From Eutreptiella sp. 'Long Island Sound 2002' (Eukaryota > Protista > Euglenida), in assembly GCA_964036045.1 (NCBI GenBank), contig OZ038378.1:80290001-80354000 (forward strand): a DNA stretch of 64,000 nt. Direction: 5' to 3'. How positions within the stretch are numbered: the first letter of the stretch is position 1; each line of letters starts with the position of its first letter. The position numbers and the translations under genes were made by a program. The notes below the pieces were generated by a model that did no database searches, was not told the DNA's origin, and saw nothing but the letters and a program-made list of their open reading frames with translations. Of this stretch, positions 36,801 through 49,800 are shown piece after piece.

Positions 36801-39264
36801 TTGTGTTGCTGTGGTTAACTCCCATCGTATCGCACAAGCCCTTGAGTTCGGGTGATGGAATGGCACACTATGCCGTGGAACCTGAGTTGGGGTCAAGGAC
36901 TCCTACGCTGCGGTGTGGCCCCTTGACTTGTGGTGAAGGACTTTCATGCTTCAATGTGACCCCGTGAGTTGGGTTGATGGACTCCCATGCTTTGGTGTGC
37001 TTGTCTAGTTGGGCTTAACAACTCCCATGCTTTGTTGTGGCACATCTAGGGGGGTGTTAAGGACTCCCACGCTTTAGTGTGGCACGGCTAGTTGAGGCTA
37101 AGAACTCCCATGCTTCGGTCTGCCTCCTTGAAATGGGTCTCATCACTCTCACGCTGAAGTTTGGCCCTTTAACTTGTGTTCAAGGACGCCCATGCTTCGG
37201 CATGGCCCCTTGACTTGGGGTTGTGGACAAATGCTTTTCGTTGTGACCCTTGGAATTGGGGTCAAGGACTCCCGCGTCACGTGATGAACTCTTGAGTTGG
37301 GGAGAAGGACTCATACGCTTTGGCGTGGTTGTGGGTTTCCGATGAAGTACTCCCACGCTTCAATGTAGCTGTTGAGTTGTGGTCAAGGAGTCCCACACTC
37401 CACATGGCCCCTGGAAGCAGCGGAATGCACTTTGGCTCGTTGAATTGAGGTCAATCCCCCAGTCTTCGTTGTGGTTTTTTGAGTTGGGTTCCATCAAGGA
37501 CTCGCATGCTTCAATGTGGCCCCTTGAGTAAGGTTGATAGACTCCAACATTTTGTTGTGGTCCGCTTATTTGGGGTCAAGGACTACCATACTTCCGTGTG
37601 GCCCGGCTAGCTAGCGGCCATGAGCTCCAATTTTCTAGGTGTCCCCGATGAATTGTTGTCAAGGACTCCCGCGCTTTGTTGTGCCCCCTCGACCTGGTTA
37701 CGCCCTCCCACGGTTTGTTGTGGCCCCTTGAGTTGCGGTTAAGGACTAACAGGCGTCGCCGCGGCCACTTGAATTGCCGTTAAGGACTATCACGCTTCGG
37801 TGTGCCCGACGATTGTCACACATCGGCGTGCCCCCTTGAGTTATGGTTAAGGGCTCCCACGCTTCGGTCTGGGCCGTTCAGTTGTGGTTAAGGATTCTTG
37901 TGCTTCAGTGTGGTTCCTTGAATTGGGTTTCTGGACCTCCATTGTTAGGTGTGGCCCCTTGCGGTGTTGTCAAGGATTCCCATGCTGCGCGACGGCCCCT
38001 TGAGTTGGAGTTAAAGACTATCACGCTTGAGTGTGGCGCGTCTAGTTGAGTTCCCGACTCCCACACTTCACGGTGGCTCTTTGAGTTGGGCGTTAAGGAG
38101 CCTTGCACTGCAGCGTGGCTCCTTCCCTTGGGTATAAGGTCTCCCAAGATTCTGTTTGGCCCCTTGAGGTGTGCTCAAGGACTCTTGTGCTTCGCCACAG
38201 CCTTTTGATTTGGGGTTAAAGACCGCCACGCTTCGCGATGCCCCCTTCAATATGGGTTAAGGACTCCCATGCTTCGGTGTGGCCCGGCTAATTGGGGATA
38301 AGGACTCCCACACTTGGGCCCTTGCGTTGCCCGTTAAGGACTGCCGCGATTCGGTGTGGCCCCTTGACCTGTGCTCAAGGACACGCTTGCGTCAATGTGA
38401 TCCCTTTAGTTGCGTCGCCCAAGAGCCACACTTTGGTGTGGCCTTTCTAGTTGGTGTTAAGTATGCGCACCCTTTTGCTTGGCACGTCTAAGTGGGGTTG
38501 CTTCTGCGCCCAGGTGTGGCCCCTCAAGTTGGCGTTGAGGACTCCCAAGCTTTGGCATGGCCATTGAATAGGGGTTGAGGACTCCCACACTTTGTCATGC
38601 ATGGTTTGTTAAGTTGAGGTCAAGAACTCTCAGCCTTCGGTGTGGCCTCTTGACTTTGTGTCAAAGATTTTTACGCTTCAGTATGCCCCTTCGAGTTGTA
38701 CTGAAGGACTCCTATGCTTCGATGTGGCCCTTGAATTCATGATCAAGGACTCCCGTGCTTCAGCATGGCCTCCGGTTTTTGCGTAATGGACACCCACGAT
38801 TTGGTGAGTTGTGATTAAGTGCTCTCGAGCTTTGGTATGGCCCAGGTGGTGTTGACGTTAAGGACTGCCTTGCTTCATTGTTGCTCCTTGAGTTGGGGTG
38901 AAGCTCCCTTATTCTGTAGTGTGGCCTCCTTGGAAAATGCACGCTCACCGTTTGGCGTAGCCTCTATAGAGTTTTTTTCAAGGCTTTTCATCTTTGGGCT
39001 TTCGGTGGAGGATTGTGACGCTTCGGTGTGGCCCTTTGAGTTGCTGTGATTGACACCGATGGTACAACATAATCCCTTGAGTTGGGGTGATGGAATCCCA
39101 CAGTGCGCCTCGGACCCTTGAGTTGGGGTCAAGGACTCCTACGCATCGATGTGGCCCCTTGACTTGTGGTCAAGGGCTCCCATGCTTCAATATGGCGCTG
39201 CGAGTTCGCTTGATGGATTCCCATGCTTTGGTGTGCCCATCTAGTTCGGGTGAAGAGCTCCCAT
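33864..39264. repeat. Satellite B block
   Basis: Continuous 41-bp monomers with a short inverted patch at ~35771-35877. Confidence 0.95.
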
Positions 39265-41906
39265 CAGGATCGTGTATAGCGACTTAGTCGGGTATCGGAT
39301 ATGAGACATTAGACTTTTATGGAACACCATTACCCAACCATAAATCCCCCTTCCCCAAACCCCTTGATGATGCACTATATCAACCCCCGCCCTGCCTGCC
39401 CTTGTCCACATCACACTTCTTCACTACAAAAAGCCCACCCCCCTGATGGTGAAACCCCCCCCGGTGAGCCACCCATCCCTCCCCCCACTCCTAGGTGCTT
39501 TCAAGCAGCCCCCCCGCCAAGGAAAAAAGGTGCCATTGAAAACACGCAACCCCCCCCCCCCGGAAAACAATTGCAATTTGCTTCGTTGCACCTTTGTTGT
39601 TGACAGCAGTGCGTGTGACAATTTCAATTTGATTATGCAGACCAACCTTGAGGTGTTTTGGCTGTTTGTGGTCTAGGCTTTGGCGCCTACGACCAATACT
39701 CCTTCAGTGATGCACATGCGGACAACAGCTGAGAAGGGGTTCTAACATGTTCGCTTCTGCATCCAATTACAATTTGCGGACTGCCAGCCCCTTCAATGAC
39801 GATGCATGACACTTGACATATATTGCCTAGGCATCTCCGCAGCCCACACCAAGTTTCACGGGATGTGGATCGTTGTCTCTGGAGTGTCTACCACAACACA
39901 AGGCTCCGTCACGCGTGGGTCACTATGTGGACCCTTGTAACGACCTTTTTCTTTGGCACTGCTTGCGCGGACCGAGCTTTTGAAAATGGAAAAAACTTCG
40001 CAGCCGAGGAAAGGGACATCCCCCCATATCCTTTGCGCTGTTGCCACCGTCAGTCAATCTATCATGGCTGACCAAATGTGCACCATATCATCCAATGGCC
40101 AACAACCATTTTGAAAACCCTTGTTTGTGAATGTCATGTGCAACCAACATACATCTAAGAAGGGGTTTTGTAGTTGAATTCGAATTTCATTTGCCATTGT
40201 GTGATGTTTTTTTCCCGACCCTCTTACTTACCCTTCAAGGATGATTGCAAATTGTTGCACTTTGCAGCCCTCATGGTTTGTTGTTTATTCGCCGGAAGAA
40301 TGGAAAAAGATCTAGCGAGGACCATAATACAGAGAAACCACACCCCTTCGGCAGACCAGCCCCACAGGGTGCAAAAATGAATGGAATCATCACTGAAGGG
40401 GTTGCAAAGAGGACAAAATGCAAAAAATGGCAAATGGGTGGGCTACACATCACCTACAGTCACAGTGTCACAGCTGAGACTGCAAGCAGGCCCTTCTGCC
40501 TGAAGGGACAGCATCATGACCGTTGCAATTTGTATCAATAGAATTCAGATACACAAATAAAATGATCATGGCAAGCACCAGAACATCAAACAACGGAGAC
40601 ATATGTCCACACATATATTCTTTGAAAAGACCATGTGACGCATTACATAAGAAGAGGGAGGGCAGGCTTTTCCATATGCTCATGCACGGGGGGGGGGGTG
40701 TTTTCCCCACGTTATGGTATTTTCCGAATGATTTCCATACTTCCTAGAGAAATAGCACAAAGGAAAGCAAAGCATGGAAACATGGAAAGCACAGCAAAAC
40801 AAAGCACGCAAAGCACATGGGTTTGGACTGTGCCACAAACCCCTACAGGGACATTTTTCTTAGGCCCTGTTTCGTGTCGGTACAGAGTTTGAAAAACGCA
40901 CTGTTTTGTGCACTGAGAACCCCCCCTTGCGGGTTCTCATGAACACATGAATGCACTGCACAGCAAGGAGACGTTGGTGCACTTTGTGCGCTAAGAAGGC
41001 CCGGGCCACCACCAGCCTGTGTGCCATGGCATCAGCAAGGAGAGAGGTCCACTCTCCACTAAGGCCTCTGAGTGCCTTAGAGTGGCAGCCCCGAAATTCC
41101 ATGACCACCCACAGGGTGTTCCTGAGGGGTCCACACCCCTCAGGGAACCAGCGCGTTCCCTCTATACCCCGGGCGATGATTCCTATACCCCCCACCGGAT
41201 GTATCCGACCTTCATATCCAAAAACAGTATATCAGAGAAGGGGCTATGCTATGTGTCACATTTCCTTCAAAGTTGAACTTACTTTGTCACATGGTGCCTT
41301 TTGTGTTTTCCTTTCATTTTCCCGTCCATGTCTGTCTTGAGGCAATGGGAAACAAATTGGAAAACGCCCTCCTCCCCCCCCCCATTCGGCGACCACATCC
41401 AAGAGCCTGCCCCCTTTTCGACAATAGCATGGCACATTTATTTAGTGTTCCTGTGGTCCAACATGTGCTGTCTACCATGCCCCCATGCAAATCTTCCATG
41501 CTTTTCTATACTTGATAGTTGTTTCTTGCCCACTACAACCTCCGAGGTGTAGTTTTTGCTGTGTGGCCTCAAAGTTAGCGTTGTAGTCCACATAGCCCAA
41601 CCGCTCTCTTCCACTTTCGTTACTGCGAATCTCCAAACCATGGGTCGACAAGTCACCCACAAGACCAAGTATGGGGGTCCAAAGCCAAAGCCAAAGCCAA
41701 AGGTAACGGCCTAGCCCCGCGCCCGGGTGGGCAGATTTTGTCTATCATGGTCGACGGCAACCCTCCGCACAACGACAACCACTGTGTGCCCTCGAGGAGC
41801 AGCCACCCGCCCGTGTCCCGGCCTTGGCGCCAGTTGACTCGGGCGCGCTGTAGGGTGCTCAACCCTGTGCACAGCCACCGCGTGCCCTTGACCCGTGGCA
41901 GTCTGC

Positions 41907-42319
41907 AAGGGGGTCCTTAAGGGACGAGATTTTTTGTTTTGCTAAGGACTCCTTTGAGGATCATCCCAAGGGACTATTAACCGCCAACAGCCAACTCCCA
42001 TCAACTGCCAAACGCCACCAACCGCCATCCGCCAACCGCCTACAACCGCCAACCACCAACCGCGACCAACCGCCAACGGCCCCAACCACCAACTGCCAAC
42101 CACTACCAACCGCCTCCAATCACTGACCGCCAGCCACCAGGCGCCGCCAACCACCACCAACCGCCACCAACCGCCAGCTGCCAACTGCCAACCGCTGAAC
42201 GCCGCCAACCGCCAACGCGCAACTGCCACCAACCATAGTTGAGCACATGGAGTGCCCGTGAGCTTGATTGGGAAAACTGGTACCCGAACACCTTGTTTTT
42301 TTCCATTAAGGACACCCTT
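41907..42319. mobile_element. MITE with AGGGNGTCCTTAA...TTAAGGACNCCCT ends and (AACCGCC)n interior
   Basis: 13-bp TIR, 12/13 match. Same family as 48885-49195. Confidence 0.7.
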
Positions 42320-42329
42320 GGCAAACCGC

Positions 42330-45300
42330 CTCTGTCCCGGCCCTGGTGACGGTTGACTCAGCCGTGCCATCGGGTGCTCCATCCTCTGCACACCCACCAT
42401 ATGTCCATGAGCCACAGCATTCCACCCGTGTCCCGGCCGTGGCGCCGGTTGACTCAGGTGCGCCACAGGGTGGTCAACCCTCATCACAACCAGTGTGTGG
42501 CCGTGAGCCACATGAGTCAACCCCCGTCCCGGCCCTGGCGGCGGTTGACTCGGGTGCGCCACAAGGTGGTCAAGGCGCAGCACAACCACCATGTGCCCCT
42601 CCGCCACAGCCATCCTTCCAACTCCCACGGCACCCAACAACCTTGCCCAGTACTACCACATTGAACAACTTGGACTATCTGCCTGATGGCAACATTGTAG
42701 CAGGGTTTACACAACGGTGGCTTGTCCGCAACAGGTGTGTGGCCAAGACATCAGAGGTGTACACTGTCCATGAGATGAAGGCTCCTGGGGTGCTAGCAAA
42801 CAAGAACTGCACGAACAAGACGCTGGCCTTTGAGGAATGGTACCCTGAAGATGACGGTGATGGGAATGCGAACGTTCCCCAAAGGCCACACTGGGCCTCC
42901 AAAATGGAGGTTTGGGGCAACTATGAGCTCAATGATGGTGACATGGTGCATGGGTGGGTCGCTGACAACCACAAATGGGACGCCTTCAAACCAGACTTTG
43001 AGGCAAGGGTGCATGGTGACGGCATTTTTGCCGCAGCTTCAGCCCTTGGCAAGACACGGGATGCCCAGAGCATGCCTACTTACACCTTGGTGCCAGCCAT
43101 GGAGCTAGCACCAGGCGCACCCCTCCCCCCACCTGCAACACAGCGTGCATCAAGGGTTGGGGACAGGACCAGGAGTGTGCACACCCAGAGCATGCCTACC
43201 GACACCTCTGTGCCATCCATGGCGCTCGCACCAGGTGCACCCCCCCCCCAACTGCAACACAGAGTGCATCAAGGGTTGGCAACCGGAACATGAATACGCA
43301 TGCCCACATCATGCCTGTTGACATGTGTGTGGCTGCCGTGGCGCCACTACAACATGTGTGTAGTGACCAGCACGACATCCTGTCCGTTGGTGCAAATCTG
43401 CCCTCCTCACATTTTGTTGAGGCAGTGGCAAAGTTGTTGCAGAAGCGCAGGGCGCGAGTGGCAAGGCATCTGCAAATGCGTGTTGAGGCACACCAAATGC
43501 AACTTAGAGCACGGCATGCAAAAGAGTGGGATGAGCGGCATGCAGAGCATGGTATGTCACAAACGTCAGCGGCATAGTCAGTGGAGCAAGACAGGTTGGG
43601 GTCCATTGCATTGGCAGCAGCAGGGAGGGATGCGTTGTGTATGCTGATGCAGGCAGCTCCCATGCAACTGGATAGTGGTCCAAAGACACTACAAGCGTTC
43701 GTGGCAGCTCATTGACAATATCAGTTTACAAAATGTGCGGGTGTTGAGTGTGTATGTTGTGCATGGGCTAATGTGTTTGGCATTCGTGGGGTGGCGCGTC
43801 CCCCTCGGGCCAGCCAGGCCTTGGTATTAGGAACATATGGTGAAGGGTATGAAGACCTCTAGCCCAAAAACACGGCGGAGGGAAGTGTTGGAAAGCCATT
43901 TGGGGTTGTCTCGTGGCACAATATCAGTGCGAACGAATCTGCATGGGCTAGGGCACCACCACCGACCGGCCGAGGAGAGTTTCAGGCAGCATTGTGCAGA
44001 GCAATGTTACGCCTTGTGCCCCACTGCTACCACAGCTGAGGTGGTGGGAGGGAACATTGTGTTCATCAGGGGGGAAGCCGTGGACATTGGTTTCCCATTG
44101 ACGGATGCTGAGGCAGCCATTTTGTCACGGTTGGTTGAGGTGTATATTGGGTGACGCATGTGCACTTCCATCCGTGCTATAAGTGAGCGCATTCTTGTAC
44201 ATTGCTCTTTGACATCGGCCCCTGGGCACCATGCTTCACGTTGGTGGACAGTTGAGATGGCTATTGCAGCAATGCATGATGCCATGCAAGACGAGGTAAC
44301 ACAGACCCTATACCTTGCAACGTTCGTTGCACTGGTGCTTGACGGCTCACATAGCACAGGCATCGCATCAATGAGTATGCCATTCTGCTTGTTTTCCCTA
44401 GGACTCGCCCAGGGGGCATGTGTGAGGCGTTCTTTGGTATGGTGGATGTGGCGTGTGCTGATGCGCAGGAGGTTGCAACACAGCTGGAATGCGTCCCGCC
44501 GTCATGGATTCAGTACCGTAATTGGTGGGCGAAGAGGGGTGTGACTTTTCCACTAGACGGGGCTTCTAACCTTGGCGTGCGGGGTGCCAATGCGCAGCAA
44601 GTTGTTGAAGTCTCTATCATTGAGAACAATATGTTTGCCTTGATTGGGAGGTGGTTGGTCTTGATGACACGCTTGAGTGAGCCCTGCCATGTGTTGCATG
44701 CAAGCTGGGTCATGCATTGGAGGCTGCTGGCCCACCCCATGCTGATTACACGGCAGCTGTGGATCGCCGGCTAGCCTTGTGCAATGGGGCACGGGAATGG
44801 AAGGAGTTGCAAAAGTGTGTCGAAAACCATGTGCATGATAAACGTAGTGGGTTGCAACTCATCACCAGAAGTGATCACACCAGGCGGTCACAGGCAAATG
44901 CACGGCGCAACACTGCTTTTTTGGCCAACGGTCCCCTGGCTGGCACGGCACTCGCATTTGAAGGTGCAACATTCCACCAAGCAGGATGATGTGTGGGAGG
45001 AGTGCCATGATGCCAGTTTGCTTGCATAGGTGGTGGTTGATCGGGACATCCTGCATGGCATGCGGTGTTGTAACAATGTGGCACAACTGCGCGCGCCTAC
45101 TGGTGCACTTTTAGCTGCTGCCACAGGTATGCTACAGGCACCGTTGCAGAAGCTGGCGCGAGACGAGGGTCCGGGTTGGTTGCAGTGCAAGGAGCAAACT
45201 GTGGTAGGTGCATGGCATGGTGTGCAGTTGGTGCAGTTTGATTCGGGTGGGCAAAAGTGTGCAACAACAACCCCTTTTCCAAGCGTTCAGGCGCGTGCGG

Positions 45301-45740
45301 TAAGTGATGTGTTGCTGGCAGGCATCAAGGAGGGGCAGCCAACAATTGACCTTAGGGGGGTGTTGGACTGCGCAGTATTGCTTGACCACGGCCGTCTCCT
45401 TGCCCTCTCGGTTAGTGAGCGTGCCGCACATGGCGTATAGCAGTTGCTTCAATTCACGGCTTCACACCAAGAAGAGTTGCGCGCAGCACATGTGAATTGT
45501 GACCGTGCCTTGGTAGAGTGGGAAGGCTTTAAGGAGCATACAGTGCAGCACTTTGCAAATGTGCAAATGTCCAAGATGCGGGAGGCCTTGCGTGCACGCT
45601 TCGATGTCCGCACAAGACAGAGGGTTTCACGGAAGGTAAAATGAAAGAGAATCTATGGAAGCTGCAATGCTTCAATGTCTGCAAGGTAATGAAGCAGTGG
45701 CTGATGATGGTGACATCCTGCCCTCCTTTGGAGGGCCGGG
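42330..45740 (+). pseudogene. hAT-superfamily (ZNF862/ZMYM-type) transposase, multiply disrupted
   Basis: N-terminal repeats, CVCC...H finger remnant, FVALVLDGS (D 44341-44343), FFGMVDVACADAQEV, TFPLDGAS (D 44556-44558), RLALC, EWEGFK. The catalytic Glu was not located. Confidence 0.65.
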
Positions 45741-46836
45741 TACACCACTGACCTGAACGGCACCCTCAGGAAAGGGTAGAGAACGGCCGAGGGCTCATGT
45801 GGTCACCAGTGTTGCACCACGTGGTACCCCTGACTCGCATGCTCGCAACCATGACTTCATCGCTTTTCGTAGAGGTACGTGGTGTGCCACAGGCAAGCAG
45901 GTGGTTCGCATCCGGTGCAATACATGTCTAGTGTGCCATGCATGCTTCTGCGCAGGTCCGCGTCCTTGTATAGAGGTGGTGCTCAATGTAGCAGATGATG
46001 TCTGTGACGAGGGGGAGAACAATAGTGCGGAAGAATTGGCAACACCAAGTAAGCCATATAAGGGGCGTCGTGTGGCCAGGATGCCTTCAAAGTTACTGAT
46101 GGCAGCGGAGAATGGCAAGCTGTTTGATTGGACATGGTGGGCGCTGTTACACTATCTCGATGTGCTTGGTGCGAAGGTGACATGTAGTAGCAATGGGCGG
46201 CAAATCAGGGACCTTGCTATGCAGCATGCGTTGCCTTTGTTGGCTCAATGGGATGCCTTTGTGCCAGACACGGACTGTGTTACCCGATGTGCAGCACCAG
46301 CAAGCAGCTCTGGACCCTGGCGCTCTCAAATGAAATGATGGTGCCCAAGTATTTGCATGTGCCTATTGGTTGTTTGGTATTGTGCCGTCTTCCAAGATTT
46401 TCCCCATTTTCCCAGCTGTCACGTTTCCCCCGCTTGCCCCTTTTCGTTCTCAATGTTGCATATGTCTTTTTTATGTGGTGGTTATTCAATTCCCCCACTT
46501 TTCTTGCTCCCACATTTTCCCCATTTTCCCCTTTTGGTTTTCGAAGTCTTTTTGTTTTTGTACTGCTATGTTTCTGATTGTCCAAGGTGGTTCCCCAATG
46601 ATCAACGATTTTTCAATTGTGTCAAGGGCCCCCTTTTTATTTTTTCAGTAAGGGGGGGGGGCAAATTTGGTTTAGGCATACTTTCTCCCAAACTCCCCCT
46701 CTTAGGAACCCAAATTCCAAGTTCCTCTAGGCACACCCACCTCCAATAGGCAAGAACATCAGACATCTTCTTGGATACAGTGCGCACACAACATCCCATA
46801 TCAGACATCACACATCAGACTTTATACACAGTCCCG

Positions 46837-49800
46837 ACTCCCATGCTTTGCTGTGGCACATCTAGGGGGGCGGGGCTGCGGACTCCCAGGATTTGGTGTG
46901 GCCTGCCTAGTTGGCGTTAAGGACTCCCATGCTTCGGTCTGCTCCCTTGAATAGGGGTCGATGACTCCTAGGCTTTGCCATGGCCCCTTGAAGCTGGGTT
47001 CAGGGCCGCCCATGCCTCGGCATGGCCCCTTCACTTGGGGTTGTGGACTATCGCTCTTCGTTGTGGCCCCTTGAATTGGGCTGGAGGACTCCTACGGTTC
47101 GTGATGGACTCTTGAGTTGGGGTGAAGGACTCCTACGCTTCAGTGTGGCACCTTGACGTCGGTGGAAGGACTCCCATGCTTCGGCGTAGCCCCTGTACTT
47201 GTGGTCAAGGACTCCAAGGCTCCACTGTACATATGTATGTATGTATGTAACGTGGCCCCGGAACCAGCAGAATGTGCTTCGCCTCATTTAGTGGGGCTAA
47301 TGGACTCCACTCTTCAACATATCTGATCTATTTGGGCTTAAGGGCTCGTATGCTGCAGTGTGGCTCCTTGAGTTGGAGTTAAGGACTCCCAAGCTTCGGC
47401 ATGGCCCTTGATTTCGGATTCAGTTCCCACTGGTCGTCATGGTCGGTTTAGTTGAGGTCACGTACTCTTAGGCTTCGGTGTGGCCTCTGGAATCGGGGTG
47501 AAGGACTTTCAGGCTTTGGTGCGCCTCGTTGAGTTAGGATGAAGGAATCCTGTGTTGCTCTGTGGCGCCATGACTCCGGTGCGGGTATTGCCACGCTTCG
47601 CTGTGGCCCTTGGAGTCGTGGTTAACGACTCCTACGCTTCAGCATAGCGTGTGGCTTCGGCGTAATGGACTCCCACGCTTTGTGTGGCTCGTGTGGTGGT
47701 GATTAAGGGCTCTCGAGTTTTGGTGTGGCCCACGTGGTTGGGGTTCAGGACTCCCTTGCTTCAGTGTGGCTCCTTGAGTTGGGGTGAAGCACCCTTATTG
47801 TTTAGTGTGGCCTCCTTGGAAAATGCACGGTCACTGCTTGGCGTGACCTCTTGAGTTGTGGTCAAGGACTCCCATCCTTTGGCTTGGGGTTGAGGATTCT
47901 GACGCTTCGGTGTGGCCCTTTGAGTTGCTGTGATTGACACCGATGGTACGACATAACCCTTTGAATTGGGGTGATGGCATTCCACAGTGCGCCCCGGACC
48001 CTTGAGCTGGGGTCAAGGACTCCTACGCTTCGGTGTGGCCCCTTGACTTGCGGTCCAGGACTTTCATGCTGCAATGTGGTCTTGTGAGTTTGGCTTGATG
48101 GATTGCCACCTTTTGGTGTGCCTACCTAGTGGGACTTAAGAACTCCGACGCTTTGTTCTGGCACATCTAGGGGGGGTGGAGAACTCCCACACTTCGATGT
48201 GGCCCATCTAGTTGCCGTTAAGGACTCCCATGCTTCGGTCTGCCCCGTTGAAAAGGGATTTCTGACTCCCATCCTTCGGTGTGGCCCTTTGAGTTGCTGT
48301 GGTTAACTCCCATCCTACGACACAACCCCTTAAATTGGGGTAATGGAATGGCATACTGCGCCGTGGAACGTTTAGTTGGGATCAAGGACTCCTGCGCCTT
48401 GGTGTTGCCTATTGACTTGTGGTCAAGGACTCCCATGCTGCAATGTGGGCCCGTGAATTGGGTTGATGGACTCCCATGCTTTGGTGTCCTTGCCTACTTG
48501 CGCTTAGGAACTCCCATGCTTTGCTGTGGCACATCTAGGGGGGCGTTGAGGACTGCCACACTTTGGTGTGGCCCGCCAATTTGGCGTTAACGAGACCCCT
48601 GCATCGGTCTCCCCCCTTGAATTGGGGTTCATGACTCCCATCCTTTGGTGTGGCCTTTTAAGGTGTGTTCAAGGCCGCCCATGCTTCGGCATACCCCCTT
48701 GACTTGCGGTTGTAGACTATTGCTCTTCGTTGTGGCCCCTTGAATTGGGGTGAATGACTGGCAAGGTTCGTGATGGCCTCTTGAATTGCGGAGAAGGACT
48801 CATACACTTTGGTGTGGGCCCTACATTTTCGATGAAGGACCCGTCGATGTGGGCTATTGAGTCTTGGTCAAGGACTCCCACGCTGAGGGCGGTCCTTCGG
48901 TACCAAAAATTTTTTTCTCCAAGACCGCCCTTAAGCAACGCCCCAAAGGACCATCAACCGCCAACCACCAACCGCCAACCGCTACCAACCGGCCAACCGC
49001 CCGCGGCGACCAATCGCCAACTGCCCCAACCACCATCTGCCGCGAACCACCATCAACCGCCACCAACAGCCATCAACCACTACTCGCCAATCCCCAACCG
49101 TCCACCGCCGGCTGCCAAAACATGGTGTGCCCATGGGCATTTTAGGGAAACTTCGGTACAGGAACACTTTTTATCTTCCGTGAAGGACTGCTCTGCCCAC
49201 ACAGCACATGGCCCTGGAATCGGCAAAAAGTTTTTCGGCTTGTTCAGTTGGGGTCATGGACTCCCACCCTTCAACATGGCTGTTCTCTTTGGGGTTAAGG
49301 ACTCTTATGCTTCGGGATGGCCCTTTGCGTCGCCTTTAAGGACACCCTTGCTGCGGTATTGCACCTTGAATGGGGCTGATGACCCCATATAGGCACACCA
49401 CACCAAAGCGTGGGAATCCATGAACCCAACTCAAGGGGCCACATTGAAGCATGCGAGTCCTTGACCCATACTCAAGAGGCCACAACGAATCATGGGAATG
49501 CCCGACCCCACGTCAATGGGCCACGGTGAATTTTGGGACTGCAAGGGCTACCATGCTTAGGTGCGGGACGTCCACCTGGCGTCAAGGAGCTCAACCTTTC
49601 CTTTTTTCCCCCTCAAATTGATTCACACGGCTCCCATACTCAGTGTTCCCCTCGGCGTGGCTAAGGACTCCCACGCTTTGGTGTGGCTCGTCTAACTTGG
49701 GCTAAGGTCTCGCACGCTTTGGTATGGGCCCTTCAGTTGCGCTGCAGTCAGGATTATGAGGCATCACTGGGGCCACTTGAATTGCGGGTAAGGACCATCA

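Larger units (their letters stand above)
39265..46836 (+). mobile_element. 7572-bp hAT-like DNA transposon inserted in satellite B
   Basis: 8-bp TSD GCTCCCAT (39257-39264) / ACTCCCAT (46837-46844). Imperfect TIR CAGGATCGTGTATA vs CGGGACTGTGTATA. Internal hAT-type transposase remnants. Confidence 0.75.
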
